Below are positions 1-12,680 of a DNA stretch of 64,000 nt, piece after piece. The notes beneath the pieces were generated by a model. It had not been told where the DNA came from and ran no database searches. It saw nothing but the letters and a program-made list of their open reading frames with translations. The DNA is from Mobula hypostoma (Eukaryota). How positions within the stretch are numbered: position 1 is the first letter of the stretch; each line of letters opens with the position of its first letter. The position numbers and the translations under genes are program-made. The stretch lies in contig NC_086097.1 in assembly GCF_963921235.1 (NCBI RefSeq), positions 184,824,001 to 184,888,000 on the forward strand, in the 5' to 3' direction.

Positions 1-275
1 TAGGATCCATATTTCAGATTTAACCAACCGAGCCTGCCTCAGATCCATATAAAACAACCTTGTCAAAATGTCATTTCCAAAGTTTTACAGTGAAAAGATC
101 TCTCTACAGCTCAGACTAAATAATTGAATTGATATGTTGAAGCAAGAACTATCTTAAAATATGAGTTATTTAAGTTACGCTGCCTTAAATCTAAGAAGAA
201 TGGATTGTATTCAAGATAAGCATTAAGATAGGTGCTTGAAAATTGAGATTTCCTGGTTTTATGTGGAGAATGAGG

Positions 276-371
276 CTGGAAGAAAGGTCTCAGCCTGAAA
301 CGTCAACTGTTTGTTCATTTCCTTGGATTCTGCCTGGCCTGCTGAGTTCTTCCAGCTTGTGTGTGTGTTGC
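276..371 (+). mobile_element. Short Penelope-like element (PLE) 3'-terminal remnant with degenerate hammerhead motif
   Basis: CTGGAAGAAAGGTCTCAGCCTGAAACGTCAACTG followed by GCCTGGCCTGCTGAGTTCTTCCAGC..GTGTGTTGC, matching the tail of the PLE at 31949-32048. Confidence 0.7.
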
Positions 372-405
372 TTTGATGGTTTTATATGTTGTTCTGTCTG
401 TCTGT

Positions 406-407
<2 letters not shown>

Positions 408-438
<31 letters not shown>
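408..438. repeat. (CA)n microsatellite
   Basis: Direct reading, about 15 CA units. Confidence 0.95.
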
Positions 439-440
<2 letters not shown>

Positions 441-1364
441 GTGTGTGCGCACACAGATACGCACACTAGCTCTCTCTCAATCAGCAGCTGTTTTCACAAT
501 TAGCATGTTGATTTTGACAGATAATGAATGTAAATTACTGCCTTTATCTGGCAAGTTAATGTGACAAAAATTATCAATTGACTGGTTAAGCATTCTTAGA
601 GTCAAAAGTTCAATTTCTTTTTTCACTTGGAAACCTTATCACACTTTACAACAGGTCATTTAGTAATTTTTTTGAGAAATACAGAGAAATTTACAAAGGT
701 TTGCTGAGTCATGAGGACAAAATCTAAAGTAATTAGCAAGGCATTTTGGAACCACAATGGATAAAACATTGCATCTGATAAGAGTTATTTATGAGCATAG
801 CTGCTGAACGCACATGGAAAATTGAAAACAAAATTTGGAAGATTAAGCCATTTTTAGAGCAGTTATTTTTAGAATGGACCAATGTAAGAGTGGGGAGCTA
901 GAGTCCAGCTAGGGAGGCTTTGGGGAAGAGCAGGACAAGAACCAGGAAATGTTTTTATTTTACTGTTAATCTGTGTCTTTTGATAGTATAGATAAAATGG
1001 CAGTCAGGGCAATGAAATACTCCTGCTACAAAAGTGAAGTTCAGGGCACCTCACAGTCTGCCTGACAACACCTGTGGGAAGTGAACCCAGCTGCAGCTCC
1101 TAACCGACCAGGTGAAGGAAAAAAGAAGGTATAGTTAGAAACACCTAGGATCATCTGAGATTCTGAGGATTCCATAGATGGCAATTTTAGTGAGGTGATA
1201 GGGGAGTAGGCAGACTGTGGCCTTTCCCTTCAATGACCTGGTATGTCTCTTTGGACACTGCTGGGCAGGGAGAACCTTTCAAAGACCAGCACCAGTAATG
1301 GGGTTAGTGCTACCATGCCTGACTCTGAGGCAAAGAAGAGAAAGGTGAAGTCAATCAGCGTGAT

Positions 1365-2715
1365 CGTATTGGTATTGGGTTTGGTTTATTATGTAATAGG
1401 TTTATTATTGTCACAGGTACCAAGTTTCCAGTGAAAAGCTTGTCTTGCATACTGTTTATACAGATCAAATCATTAAACAGAGTGTTTATAGTGTTTGTGG
1501 ATAGTCTGGAGGGTTGTCAGAGGTTACAGCGTCAACATCAATAGGATGCAGAAGTGGCAGATGAAGTTCAAGCCAGGTAAGTGTGAAGTGGTTCATTTTG
1601 GTAGGTCAAATTTGAAGACGAAATATCATATTAATGGTAAGACTCTTGGCAGTGTGGAGGATCACAGGGATCTTGGGGTCTATGTCGAAGGGGCACTCAA
1701 AGCTGCTACGCAGGTTGACTGAGTTGTTAGGAAGCCGTATGGTGTGTTGGCTTTCATCAACTGTGGGTTTGAGTTCAAGAGCCACGAGGTAATGTTACAG
1801 CTATATAAGAACTTGGTCAGACCCCATTTGGAGTACTGTGTTCAGTTCTGATCACCTCATTACAGGAAGGACATGGATGTTATAGAGAGAGTGCAGAGGA
1901 AGTTTACAAGGATGTTGCCTGGATTGGACAGCATGCCTTTTGAGAATAGATTGAGTAAATTTGGGCTTTTCTCCTTGGAGCAGTGGAGGATGAGAGGTGA
2001 CCTGATAGAGGTGTATAAGTTGATGAGAGGCATTGATCATGTGGATAGCCAGAGGCTTATTCCCAGGACAGGAATGGCTAACACAAGGAGGCATAGTTTT
2101 AAGGTGCTTGAAAGTAGGTACAAGGGGGATGTCAGAGGTAAGTTTTTCACACAGAGAGTGGTGGGATTGTAGAATGCACTGCCAGCGATAATGGTTGAAG
2201 TGGATACAATCGGGTCTTTTAAGAGACTCTTAGATAGGTACATGGAGCGTAGAAAAGTAGTGGGCTATACGGTAGGGTAACTCCAGGTAGTTTCTACAGT
2301 AGGTTACATGGTCAGCACAACATTATGGGCCAAAGGGGCTGTAAAGTGCTGTAGATTTCTATGTTCTGTGTTTAGCTAGAGTAAGGTAAAACAGTAACAA
2401 TACAGAACCAATTGTAAAAGTTACCAAAAAAGTGCAGTGTAAGTAAATGACCAAGTGCAAGATCATGACAAATTGTGAGGCCAAGAGTCCGTTTTATTGA
2501 ACGAGGCCCATTCAAGAATCTATTAACAGTGGAATATAATTTATCCTTGAGCTTGGACATGCTTTCAGGCTTTTTTATTGTCTATCCGATAGGAGAGAAG
2601 AGAAGAGAGAATGTCTGGAGTGGGTGGGGTCTTTGATTATGCTGGCTACTTTACTGAGGCAGCAAAAAGTGTAGACAGACTCCATAGAGGAGCGGCTGGC
2701 TCTCGTGATGTGCTG
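1365..2715 (-). mobile_element. Rex1/Babar-type LINE 3' fragment (1365-1488 + 2372-2715), interrupted by a CR1 fragment
   Basis: Reverse complement matches the + strand 3' fragment at 33725-34178 (AGCATAATCAAAGAC..., CAAGACAA.CTTTTCACTG.., AATAAACCAATA tail). The two halves are contiguous once 1495-2370 is removed. Confidence 0.75.
1495..2370 (+). mobile_element. 5'-truncated CR1 LINE (ORF2 RT C-terminus + 3' UTR), pseudogenised
   Basis: KWQMKF..KCEVVHFG, RDLGV, LVRPHLEYCVQF, ERVQRKFTRMLPGL, RMRGDLIEVYK, FFTQRVV; (TTCTATG)-type tail at 2357-2370. Confidence 0.92.
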
Positions 2716-3230
2716 TTAGGGGCCGGATAGTAAGGAGCACAGACAGGCATGTCTGTGGCTGCAGTCGATACTCCAGGATGGGGAGTTGCCTCCCTGCTGC
2801 CAGAGTCAAAGCTGTCCTGCAGTATTAACAAGATATTCTGACAGACGATGGTGAGCAGCCAGAAGTCTTTGTCCACTTAGTAGCAACGATATAGGCAGGA
2901 GCAGGGATCAGGTCTTGCAAAATGATTTTAGGGAGCTAGGTATAAAGTTGAAAAGCAGAGACTTCCAGGATTGTAATTTTGGAATTACCACTCTTGACAC
3001 ATGCTAGTAAGGCGAGAAGTAAATGCACAGTGAAGTTCCACATGTGGGTAAGGAGCTACTGCTGATGGGAAGGCTTCAGATTTATGGATCATTGGCCTCT
3101 TTTCAGGGCAGGTGAGATCAGTACAAAGAAGACAGTTTACATTTGAAATGGAGGGGAACCAAAATCCTCTTCAGAGGTTTGCTAGTACTATTTGGAAAGG
3201 TTTAAGCTAGAGTGGTGAGGGTCAGGGAAC

Positions 3231-3568
3231 ATGCAGCCAGGCAAGAAAGGTGGTGTGACGAGACTGAGGAAGGACAGACAGAGAAAGATGGTATGACGAG
3301 ACTGAGGAAGGACAGACAGGGAAAGGTGGTATGATGAGACTGAGAAGAAGGACAGCCAGGGATAGGTGGTGTGACGAGACTGAGGAAGGACAGACAGAGA
3401 AAGATGGTATGACGAGACTGAGGAAGGACAGACAGGGAAAGGTGGTATGATGAGACTGAGGAAGGACAGACAGAGAAAAGTGGTATGATGAGACTGAGGA
3501 AGGACAAGACAGGGAAAGGTGGTATGACAAGACTGAGGGGAAGGACAGCCAGGGAAAGGCTGTGGGAT
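3231..3568. repeat. 38-bp purine-rich minisatellite, about 8.5 copies
   Basis: Unit GAGACTGAGGAAGGACAGACAGRGAAAGRTGGTATGAY starting at 3260, 3298, 3336, 3376, 3414, 3452, 3490, 3529. Confidence 0.95.
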
Positions 3569-3571
3569 TGA

Positions 3572-4465
3572 TTCAGAATATGAATCAGGTTTATTTCTTA
3601 TTTCCTGAGGAGACTGAGATCCTTTAACATCTGCTAGACGATGCTGAGGATGTTCTACGAGTCTGTGGTGGCCAGTGCTATCATGTTTGCTGTTGTGTGC
3701 TGGGGCAGCAGGCTGAGGGTAGCAGACACCAACAGAATCAACAAACCCATTCGCAAGGCCAGTGATGTTGTAAGGATGGAACTGGACTCTCTGACGGTGG
3801 TGTCTGAAAAGAGGATGCTGTCTAAGTTGCATGCCATCTTGGTCAATGCCTCCCATCCACTACATAATGTACTGGGTGGACACAGGAGTACATTCAGCCA
3901 GAGACTCATTCCACCAAGATGCAGCACAGAACGTCACAGGAAGTCATTCCTGCCTGTGGCCATCAAACTTCACAACTCCTCCCTTGGAGGGTCAGACATC
4001 CTGAGCCAATAGGCTGGTCCTGGACTTATTTCATAATTTCCTGGCATAATTTACATATTACTATTTAACTATTTATGGTTCTATTACTATTTATTATTTA
4101 TGATGCAACTGAAACGAAAATCAATTTCCCCCGAGATCAATAAAGTATGCCTATGACTATGACTATGACTGACATATGCTGTGAAGTGTGTTGATTTGTG
4201 GCAACAGCAAAATACAAAATATAAAATAATTGCTGTGTTTCAATAAGAAATACAGTGTATAAAAATAAATACGTAGTGCAAGTAGTGCGGTGATGTTCAT
4301 GGTTTATGGACCATTCAGAAATCTGATAGCAAAGGGGAAGAAGCTATCCTTAAAATGTTGAGTCTGTGTCTTCAGCCTCTCGTACCTCCTTCCTGATGAT
4401 ACTGATAAGAGAAGGCAATGGCCTGGATGGTGAGGCTCTTTAGCGCTGGATGCTGCCTTCTTTTC
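3572..4465 (-). mobile_element. Older Rex1/Babar-type 3' fragment (3572-3597 + 4168-4465) hosting the 3598-4170 insertion
   Basis: TCAG..AATCAGGTTTATT tail start joins ACTGACATATG.., then the GGGAAGAAGCTATCC..CTTCAG..CCTGATG block shared with 16090-16230 and 8360-8500. Confidence 0.65.
3598..4170 (+). mobile_element. 5'-truncated Rex1/Babar-type LINE 3' end
   Basis: YFLRRLRSF, MFYESVVASAIMFAVVCWGS, SHPLH, TERHRKSFLPVAIKLHN; AATAAA followed by a (TATGAC)n tail. Confidence 0.88.
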
Positions 4466-5144
4466 TTTCTCCATTTTCTGTCTTAAACAGTGAGTTTACA
4501 TTTGCTACTTTCCACTCCACAGGAATCTGTGGAATTTTGGAAGATGACAGACAGTGCACCCATTATCTCCATAGCCTACTCTTTCAAAACCTTGGGACAA
4601 AGAGTAATGGGACTGATTGTTCTGAAGGGAAGTATCAGCTGTTTGCAATGATGGACAGCAGTAGATGGAAGACGGGAGGTCAGATACCGGGACATCCTAC
4701 TTTCTTCTCTGCCATACACTCTTCACTGAGTCCAGTGCAGGAGCACAATATGTTAAGCCTTCAGCTTTATGCCAGAATTGGCTGGTGTACGAACAGCGGC
4801 CCATTCATTTGAATGGCGTGACCAATCCTGTGGAAAAACATTTGTGTAAGTGTCTTAATTAATTTGTTTGAAAGTTTTCTGACTATTGTTGTATTTTAAT
4901 GGACTTCAATTAGATATTTTAATTGTTTTTTTTAATTACTTGGACGCCCCCGTCATGCACTTGCTGTCTCTGCTGATGACTGGGGAGAACAAGCAGTGAT
5001 TGTCAGCAGCAGGCTGGGTCCAGAACAATTCAACCCTTTAGTTTTGTGGTGCAGAATCTCCTACAATCACCTTTTTTCTGATTCATTTTTCATAATCTGG
5101 TCATCAGGACGGATAAGACAAAGGAACACATACCAATCCTCATA

Positions 5145-5808
5145 GAGGGATCAGAAGTGGAGAGAGGGAGCAGAGGGTGTCAAGATCTCAGAGGATCTAA
5201 CCTGGTCCCAACATATTGATGTAGTCATAAAGAAGGCACGACAGTGGCTATATTTTATTAGGAATTTGAAGTGATTTGGCATGTCAACAAATACACTCAA
5301 ATGCATTTTGACAGGCTGCATCACTGTTTGATATGGATAGGCTACTGCGCAGGACCAAAAGAAGCTGCAGAAGGTTGTAAGTCTAGTTAGTTCCATCTTG
5401 GGCACTAGCCTACAAAGTACCCAGGACATCTTTAGGGAGTGGTGTCTCAGAAAGGCAGCGTCCATTATTAAAGGCCTCCAGCATCCAGGGCATGCCACTT
5501 TCTCACTGTTAGCATCAGGTAGGAGATACAGAAGCCTAAAAGTACACACTCAGCGATTCAGGAACAGCTTCTTCCCCTCTGCCATCCGATTCCATTTAGG
5601 AGCTTTGGGCCTTACCTCACTTGTTTAATATACAGTATTTCTGTTTTTGCTCATTTTTTAATAATCTATTCAAGATACGTAATTGATTTACTTGTTTATT
5701 TATTACTACTTTTTTTCTGTCTCTGCTAGGTTATGTATGCATTGCACTGCTGCTGCTAAGTTAACAAATTTCACATCACATGTCAGTGATAATAAACCTG
5801 ATTCTGAT
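5145..5808 (+). mobile_element. Rex1/Babar-type LINE 3' fragment
   Basis: [55 protein letters not shown]; tail AATAAACCTGATTCTGAT, the same family as 12930-17138. Confidence 0.88.
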
Positions 5809-5959
5809 CACCAGCAAGCTCCTCCTCAATTGTCTTGATAAGGTTGTGGGAAATAAATTTCTTAAACAGCAGCAATCCTCTGGTAAATGTACGTCCACAA
5901 CACAGCTGGGAAGAGAATTCCAAGATTTAAATTAAAAACAAAGAAAAACATGGAATTAG

Positions 5960-7290
5960 CTCAGTGGTGAAATGTTAGGAGGCGGCAATCCCTGCCTCTG
6001 ATGTAATTTTCCTTCTTGGTGGTTGGGGCCATGGGTTCAGAATGTGCTGTTGGAATAGCCGAGGGGAGAAGTTCCAGTGCATTTCATTTCATTTTGCAGC
6101 CATTGTGAATTAGTGATAGAGTGAATGAATACTTAAGATGGTGAAAGAGGTACCAATCAAGTAGGTAGTTTTAATCAGGGTGGGCCTGAGATCTTTGAAA
6201 GGTGAGTGAAGAGTACTCTATCACAATTCTGTGACTTGTAGATGATAAATAGTGTCTGGTTTCTTCTTAGTGATCACACCTTGATGTAATGTCATGGGAA
6301 TTGACAATGATAATGACAGTCAAGGGTAGGTGGCTGCATTCTCTTCTGTTGGAGATGGTCACTGTATGGCAATTTTCCTTTGTAGGTAATATGTCACTTA
6401 TCAACCATGCCTGAATCTTGTTTTGATTTGCTGTATGTTTCTGTCAACTCCTTCGTTTTCTGAGGCAATGCAAATAGAATTGACCACTGTGTAATAATCA
6501 GCAACTCTCCCCACTTCTGATCTCATGAAAGAAGAATGGTTCTTGGAGTGAAGTTCAAAGGTTCAAAGTAACTTAGACTGGTTGGGCCTATGAACCTCAT
6601 CCAAGAAATGCATACAGCTGTGGTCTGGGGCAGGATGATTGACCCTCTAACATTGATTACCATCCTCCTTCATGGGATGTTTGGCTCGACTATTGACATT
6701 TATTGCCATTACCAGATCATGATCACCAGCCACATAAACATTATTAGTTACAAGAGAGATACAAGTCTGAGTATCGTGCATTGAGTTATTCGCCTCTTGA
6801 CACCTTCATTCTTTATTATTTACATCGGTTTTACCATGGCTCTTTGATGTCACATTCACTCACATGCTGACGTCACTCACACCTCACCTCTGAGATTCAG
6901 TTCCTTGATCAATGATTGGAACAGGACTCTAAATAGGTCAGAAGCAGAGAAGTCCAAACTGGGCACATTATTGGTGAATAAGTGCTGCCCCATTGCACTG
7001 TTGAAGACGCTGATGATTAAATTTAGACCAGTTGGGTAGTAATTACTCAGAAAAAATTAGTCTTTCTTTGAGAACAGGAAATGCCTGCGCAATTTTCCAC
7101 AGTGTCAGATAGATGTTGGTGTTGGAACAGCCTAACCAGATGTGTGGATAATTCTGGAGGAGAGATCTTCAGTCCTGTCGTTGGAAGATTTATTGATCTC
7201 ATTTTCTTTGCTGATCCAGTGGTCATAATCATTTCTAAATATCTGATGTTGGTCAAGAGTGATTTCTGTGGTGGTTGGAATGGCAAGGAA
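5960..7290 (-). mobile_element. Ancient, highly decayed non-LTR retrotransposon (CR1/L2-superclade-like RT remnant)
   Basis: Minus-strand remnants such as TTGLKISPPELSTHLVRLFQH (cf. K.TGPD.IP..LK..APEL...L..LFQ). Similar sequence lies in + orientation at 20880-21500. Confidence 0.5.
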
Positions 7291-8351
7291 TGCAGTCTGA
7301 ATCTCTACTTGCCATTTCTGCCTGAAGAAGATTGCAATTGTTTCTGCTTCTCTCTAGGCTCACATGCTGGGCACCACCCTTAATGCAAATGGGGTGTTCT
7401 TGGCTCCTCTTCCTTCCATTAGCTGTTAACTTGTTCACCACCACCATTTGTGCCAGGAAAGCACATCTTCAATGTGAACAATTAACAGTGACATTGCTGC
7501 GCTCTGTCTATTGCAAGATAACGTTTCTACTTCATGTGCACGAGTCCTGTGTTATATTAACAGCAGATTGGAGACTCAATTTTAAGTACATTTGGTTCTG
7601 ACCCCTATCACCCCTCCCACCTGCCACTCCCCAGCATATCCTTCTTCTCTCCTCATCAAACAGATTTGGGGTTCTGGTAATGGTAGAGGGAAGGATAAGC
7701 TGAGCAAGGAGTTTGACAAGCATGGAGTTGCAGATCTCTGCTGAAGATGATTGCACACAGCCCTGTTATAAGTCTCTTCCCATTAGCAGGACTGTTGTGC
7801 CACACAAACTGATGGAGAGAATGCTTGTTTTTTGCATCATCTAAAGTGCTCTTGCCATGCATTATTTGAATCACTACATTAGTGGCATTTATTTAGACAA
7901 TAGAATTCACAATTTTTCTATTTTGTAAAGCTACAAGCCTTCTCAAGTAACCACTTGATCATTCTGGGTCAAATATTCTAAAATAAGGCAAAGCCAGGAC
8001 AAACATTTGCAGATTTTAAGTAAAAAAATTGCATTCAATGCAAATCAAATTTATGCGACCAATTTCTAGTTTATTTTTCAAAATTGCTTGAAACAATAAA
8101 TCTGGGCATGCTTTGATATCAACAAGTAGCTATCACCAGGTTCTGCTAATCACACATGATTGAAGCCTTTTTATTCACTACACAATGTGGATATCAACTA
8201 AAATCATTGCCCATCCTAACTTTCCCCTGAGTGGTATTACTTGGTTGACCATTTCAGGATGCAGTGGAAGTTAATCACATTACTTTGGGTCAGATATAGA
8301 GTATTGTTTTCTTCCACCCCAGGCTTCATCATCTCCAGAGTCCAATCTTGA

Positions 8352-9200
8352 ACTGATAGTGGAGGGAAAGAAGCTATTCTTAAAACATTGAGTGTGTGTC
8401 TTCAGGCTCCTGTACCTCCTCCTTGATAGTAGCAATGAGAAGAGGGCAAGTTCTGGGTGTTGGGGTCCTTAATGATGGGCATCACCTTTTTGAGGCATTG
8501 CCTTTTGAAGATGTTCTCAGTGCTGGGGAAGCTAGTGTCCATGAGGGAGCTGGCTGAGTTTGCAAATTTGTGCAGTGACCCCTCCATACCAGACGGTGAT
8601 GCCACCAGTTAGAATGCTCTCCATGGTACATCTATAGAAACTTGCAAGAGGCTTTGGTGATGCACCAATTCTCCTCAAACTCCTGATGGAATATAGCAAC
8701 TGTCATGCCTTCTTTGTAAGTGCAACTATATGTTGGATCCAGGATAGATCCTCAGAGATGTTGACACCCAAGAACTTGAGATTGCTCACCCTTTCCACTG
8801 CTGATCCCTCGGTGAGGGTAGTCTGTGTTCCCTTGACTTCCCCTTCCTGAAGCCTACAATCAAATTCCTTTGTCATACTGACGTTGAGTGCAAGGTTGTT
8901 GTTGTGACACCACTCAACCAGCTTATTTATCTCACTCCCCTAAGCCTCCTCATCGCCATCCGAAATCCTGCCAACAATAGTTGTGTCATTGACAAATTTA
9001 TAGATGCCATTTGAGCTATCCCTAGCCACACAGTCATGAGCAGTAGGCTAAGCACATATCTTTGAGATGCACCAGTGCTGATTGTCAGCGAGGAGATATT
9101 ATTTCAGATTTGCACTGACTGTGGTCTCCTGATAAGGAAGTCGCAGATCCAGTTGCAAAGGGATGTTCAGAGGCCCAGGTTTTGGAGCTTGTTGATCAAT
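8352..9200 (-). mobile_element. Decayed Rex1/Babar-type LINE RT fragment
   Basis: Parallels 16090-16960 (GGGAAAGAAGCTATTC.., GATCCTCAGAGATGTTGACACCCAAGAACTTGA, CCACACAGTCATG, ATCCAGTTGCAAAGGGA). Confidence 0.85.
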
Positions 9201-9239
9201 GGAACAAAGTTTTGTCAGATGGAGTCACAGAGCTGTTGC

Positions 9240-9700
9240 ACAGAGTGTAATGAGAAAAAAGTCTTTAGACATCAGCAAACATCACAGTATTGTGAATATA
9301 ATGGTAATAGCCAGAAGTTCAGTTAACTGACTGGGATTAGACAAAGATCCTGAAGATCTTGAGGATATGTTTACTCTCTGACGATATTGCAGACCTGAAC
9401 AGCAAAGGCACCTTCACAAAGAGTTCATATGGATTATTGTGGGAAAAAGATTGATAACTTCTAGGCTCATTGATGGTCACTCACAATTGATCAAAGTGAA
9501 GCATTATACACTATTGAAGAACGGCGATCCATTTTCTCTAATTAATGGAGCTCTCACATTATGTCTCTCAGTTTTGTTTATGAAACATAAAAACTATTAA
9601 GCACACACTTATTTCAAATGACCCATGTCAAATGGTGAAAGATCAGTGACAGTTGCCAAATAAACACAGCAGAAGCAAGTGTTACAAAGCTGATCAAGTT
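9240..9700 (+). mobile_element. Fossil Gypsy-type LTR-retrotransposon integrase remnant
   Basis: Frameshifted motifs in order: IARSSV..GLDKD, QRVHMDYCG, LIDGHS, TIEE.RSIFS, FMK..IKHT, SNG..RSV. Confidence 0.5.
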
Positions 9701-12136
9701 CAACTGTATGATGCCACCCTGTACACAAATTATATTCCTGGTAAATTACTGATACATAGAGTACTCAAAGTTGGTTCAGCCAAATCATGAAGGAGAGCGA
9801 GAGAAAGGCATTTTGAACAAAAATCTCATCAGGACTAAGACACAGAAAGAAACAATTCAAAGAACATGATGCAATTTGTGCATTAGCTTCACCTAGTAAA
9901 TGTGATAATCAATAATAGGATGTTAGAATGATAATTGAATTGTGTGCAACAAATTATATCTTATAGAAATGAAGTATAAAGTGTACATGTTATTTAATTC
10001 CTGAGTTATGCACAAAATATCTGGGTCATGTGATCATGAATGCTTTTGAGAGGTTGATCCACTGGAGGATATGAAAGATTTGACATGAGGTTCTGCTGAA
10101 CTTGGTCAAGATATTACACTTTCTTCAAGTCAGATCTCTTTCAGTTTATAATTAAGTTGCACACTGGTGGTAGAGTGGATATTCTGAATAAGATAATTGT
10201 AGTATTAAACTCATCCATAGGTACAGTATGTTAATGAGATTGCATGAAAATACCATTCAAACCTCACAAAGAATGCGTCTTAGTCATTTTTACCTGATAA
10301 TTAATTTGCTTTAATTTATAACAGATTTCTATTGCTAATAGACTTATGCAAATTTCTTCAAAAGGAAACTTTTCCAAACTAAGTGCAATTTTGGGTTCCA
10401 GGTGGGGTCCAATCAGTGATTGCACTCAAAATAGGAACACTGTTGCAGTGTTGAAAATATAACCAAAAGTTATTACACAAGTTTTGATTCCTTCATTCTT
10501 CATCCTTCTTCATCTGTCAACATCCGTTTCCTCTAAATTGAGGCATACTTTTTGCTTAAATTCTTAGAAACAAAAGGTCTTATTTTTAATGCCAAGTATT
10601 GACTCTTAACTCTCCACATTCCCTATGATTTTTCAAGAGTTGAAAACTATGTGACAGATTTTCTATGTCTAATATCAACTAGTATGCTTCCTGTCAACAT
10701 TATGAAATGAATGCATTAAAACCACACAGAGCATTCAGTCAAAGTGGCTGATCTTGCCAGTTTTGTAATAAGCTTAATTTGAACACAGTTGTCATGAAAC
10801 ATTAGGTTTGTAACTTCAGGTTCAATTACCTTTGAAGATTCCGTGCATGTTTTACTTTAGGGCAGGGAGAGCGGACATGGAAAGCTTAACTAAGAATTCC
10901 TGCAGATGGGTATCAGCAAAAAATGTATGTTTTTCTGGAGGCAGGGTCTCTTCTTCTGAGCCTATTCTGAGTAAGCACAATGTTACTGGTCAAATATTTT
11001 AGATGTGTGCTTAATTTCCATTAGTCAGAGTCTGAAGTGCTTCTTAGGGGCTCCTAACCAAATTTGTCCTCACTAACGGCATTGGTCTGCACTAAGGTGG
11101 AACAAGGCCGTCAGGCTTTTCCTGCCTGATAATACTGCAAACAGATGGCAAAAGCTATCTAATGTCCCCAAAACTATCAGAATATGATATAATAGCTGCA
11201 TTTTCTCGTTACTGAGATATTTTCAGGTTTTTCTTGTATTAGGAACTTAAAAGGAAACATTTATTTATTATGCCAACTAACACTTAACTGAACCTGAAAC
11301 ATGATACAGTTGATATCACAATTGTTAACCACATGACATGATTTTATGAGGTAGAAGTGACCCATCATCCATAAGTAACAGTTGCTCTTAACGGCTAATG
11401 TACATATTCCATGAACCAATATACCATGTGCCATAACATTTGTGAACAGGTTATTCAAATAAACGGATGCACTCTGGATTTAATTTTATTTTTTGAAAAT
11501 CAAGAAAAGGACTTCTATTTCAGTTTATCATTTGAACAAAATGAATTCCACGCAAAATTATTTTTATCAAATAAAGTATTTTATGTAAAGTATTTGTTCT
11601 AAATTTTACTTGAGATGGTTGTTATGTTATGTAAATTAGCTCAAAAATGGGTTACTCCATCGGTTCTAAATATCAGTTGTAGTTTGAGATATTAGCTGAT
11701 AGCACATCTTCTCTAAAATGTGGGCAAGGTTTGTTGTTAGTCAAATAGAAAATGCAACACACTGCACCATTCAAAAACCCAGAACTCATAATTCAGGAAA
11801 ATCTTTCAAACCACAAATTATGCTACAATAAAATGTTTTTATTTGATTATACAGGCACGAACATGTTTTAATATACCATTATTAATATCAAGGCAAACTA
11901 ACAAATATGTTTTTTCTGCTTAGGTTAAAAGTTTAAGTGAAATGGTAGCTGTATTAACCTGAACATAGATATCATTCTAACTATTTGCAACCCTGAAGAA
12001 AAACAATACATTATTTGCATAATCTGGAAACCGTGGAAACAATAATATTTCCATGGTTACCGCAAAATGTACAGCTCATGAGCTAATCAGGCCAGGAACT
12101 GGAGGTGAACATAAATGTGTCTTTGTGTGGGAAATG

Positions 12137-12148
12137 GCCACCTGCTGG
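12137..12148 (-). promoter_or_regulatory. Candidate CTCF core motif
   Basis: Minus strand reads CCAGCAGGTGGC, matching the CCASYAGRKGGC consensus, in non-repeat sequence. Motif match only. Confidence 0.3.
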
Positions 12149-12534
12149 GTAGGTTTCTACTGAACAAAAAAAATCATAAGCTGCACAGATCTGTAAGAAC
12201 TGCAGAATAAACCTACATAATTGAAAATATAAAATAAGCCTTGAACACCTTGGAATGGAATTCAAACATGATGCAAAAGCCAGAAATTGTTGAATCTTCA
12301 GTGAAATTTGCTCCAGCATAGGACTAGCCAACTGATTTGGAAGGGCTTAAAATTGGTCTTCAATCTCAACATATATACTGTATCCTAACCTCGATGTATA
12401 GGAAAAGTGGGAAAAATGGAAGAGTGGAAATGGTTATGCTGAATTTTACCAGTGGGTCTAAAAGAAATATTTTAGCACTGTTGTCCACACTAAGGATAAC
12501 CACAGCCAGGAGAGGGGTCAAAGGAGGGAATGAT

Positions 12535-12680
12535 TAGACACATAAATGACTGCAGATGTTGAAATCTGGAGCAAAAAAAGAATCACACACATACTGGTGT
12601 GGGGATACAGTGAATTACGCAACATACGTGGAGGGAAATAGTCAGCTGACATTTTGGGTCCAGACTCTTCACCTGCATGT
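12535..12680 (-). mobile_element. Decayed PLE 3'-terminal remnant
   Basis: CTGCAGATGTTGAAATCTGGAGCAA and GCTGACATTTTGGGTCCAGACTCTTCA resemble 14530-14645. Confidence 0.5.

Larger units (their letters stand above)
990..3230 (+). mobile_element. Decayed CR1 LINE ORF1 (SGNH-esterase-type) region, split into ~990-1362 and ~2716-3230 by nested insertions
   Basis: Frameshifted remnants of CR1 ORF1: QLQLL..D at ~1090; G..IVR.TDR..CG...SRM at 2720-2780; GSNDIGR, FRELG.KLKSR, GFRFMDHW, LHLK..GT at 2880-3170. Same region is seen antisense at 57420-57900. Confidence 0.65.

Noticed and set aside
3231..3568. Regular ~38-bp repeats resembling a CRISPR array
   Set aside because: Units are head-to-tail with no unique spacers, there are no cas genes, and the context is vertebrate
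3188..3856. 222-aa and overlapping ~100-aa minus-strand ORFs with repeated peptides
   Set aside because: Read-through of the stop-free minisatellite plus antisense LINE sequence
10861..10924. Possible small exon (TTTTACTTTAG acceptor, GTATGT donor)
   Set aside because: Peptide AGRADMESLTKNSCRWVSAKN not recognised and no partner exons; such sites arise by chance
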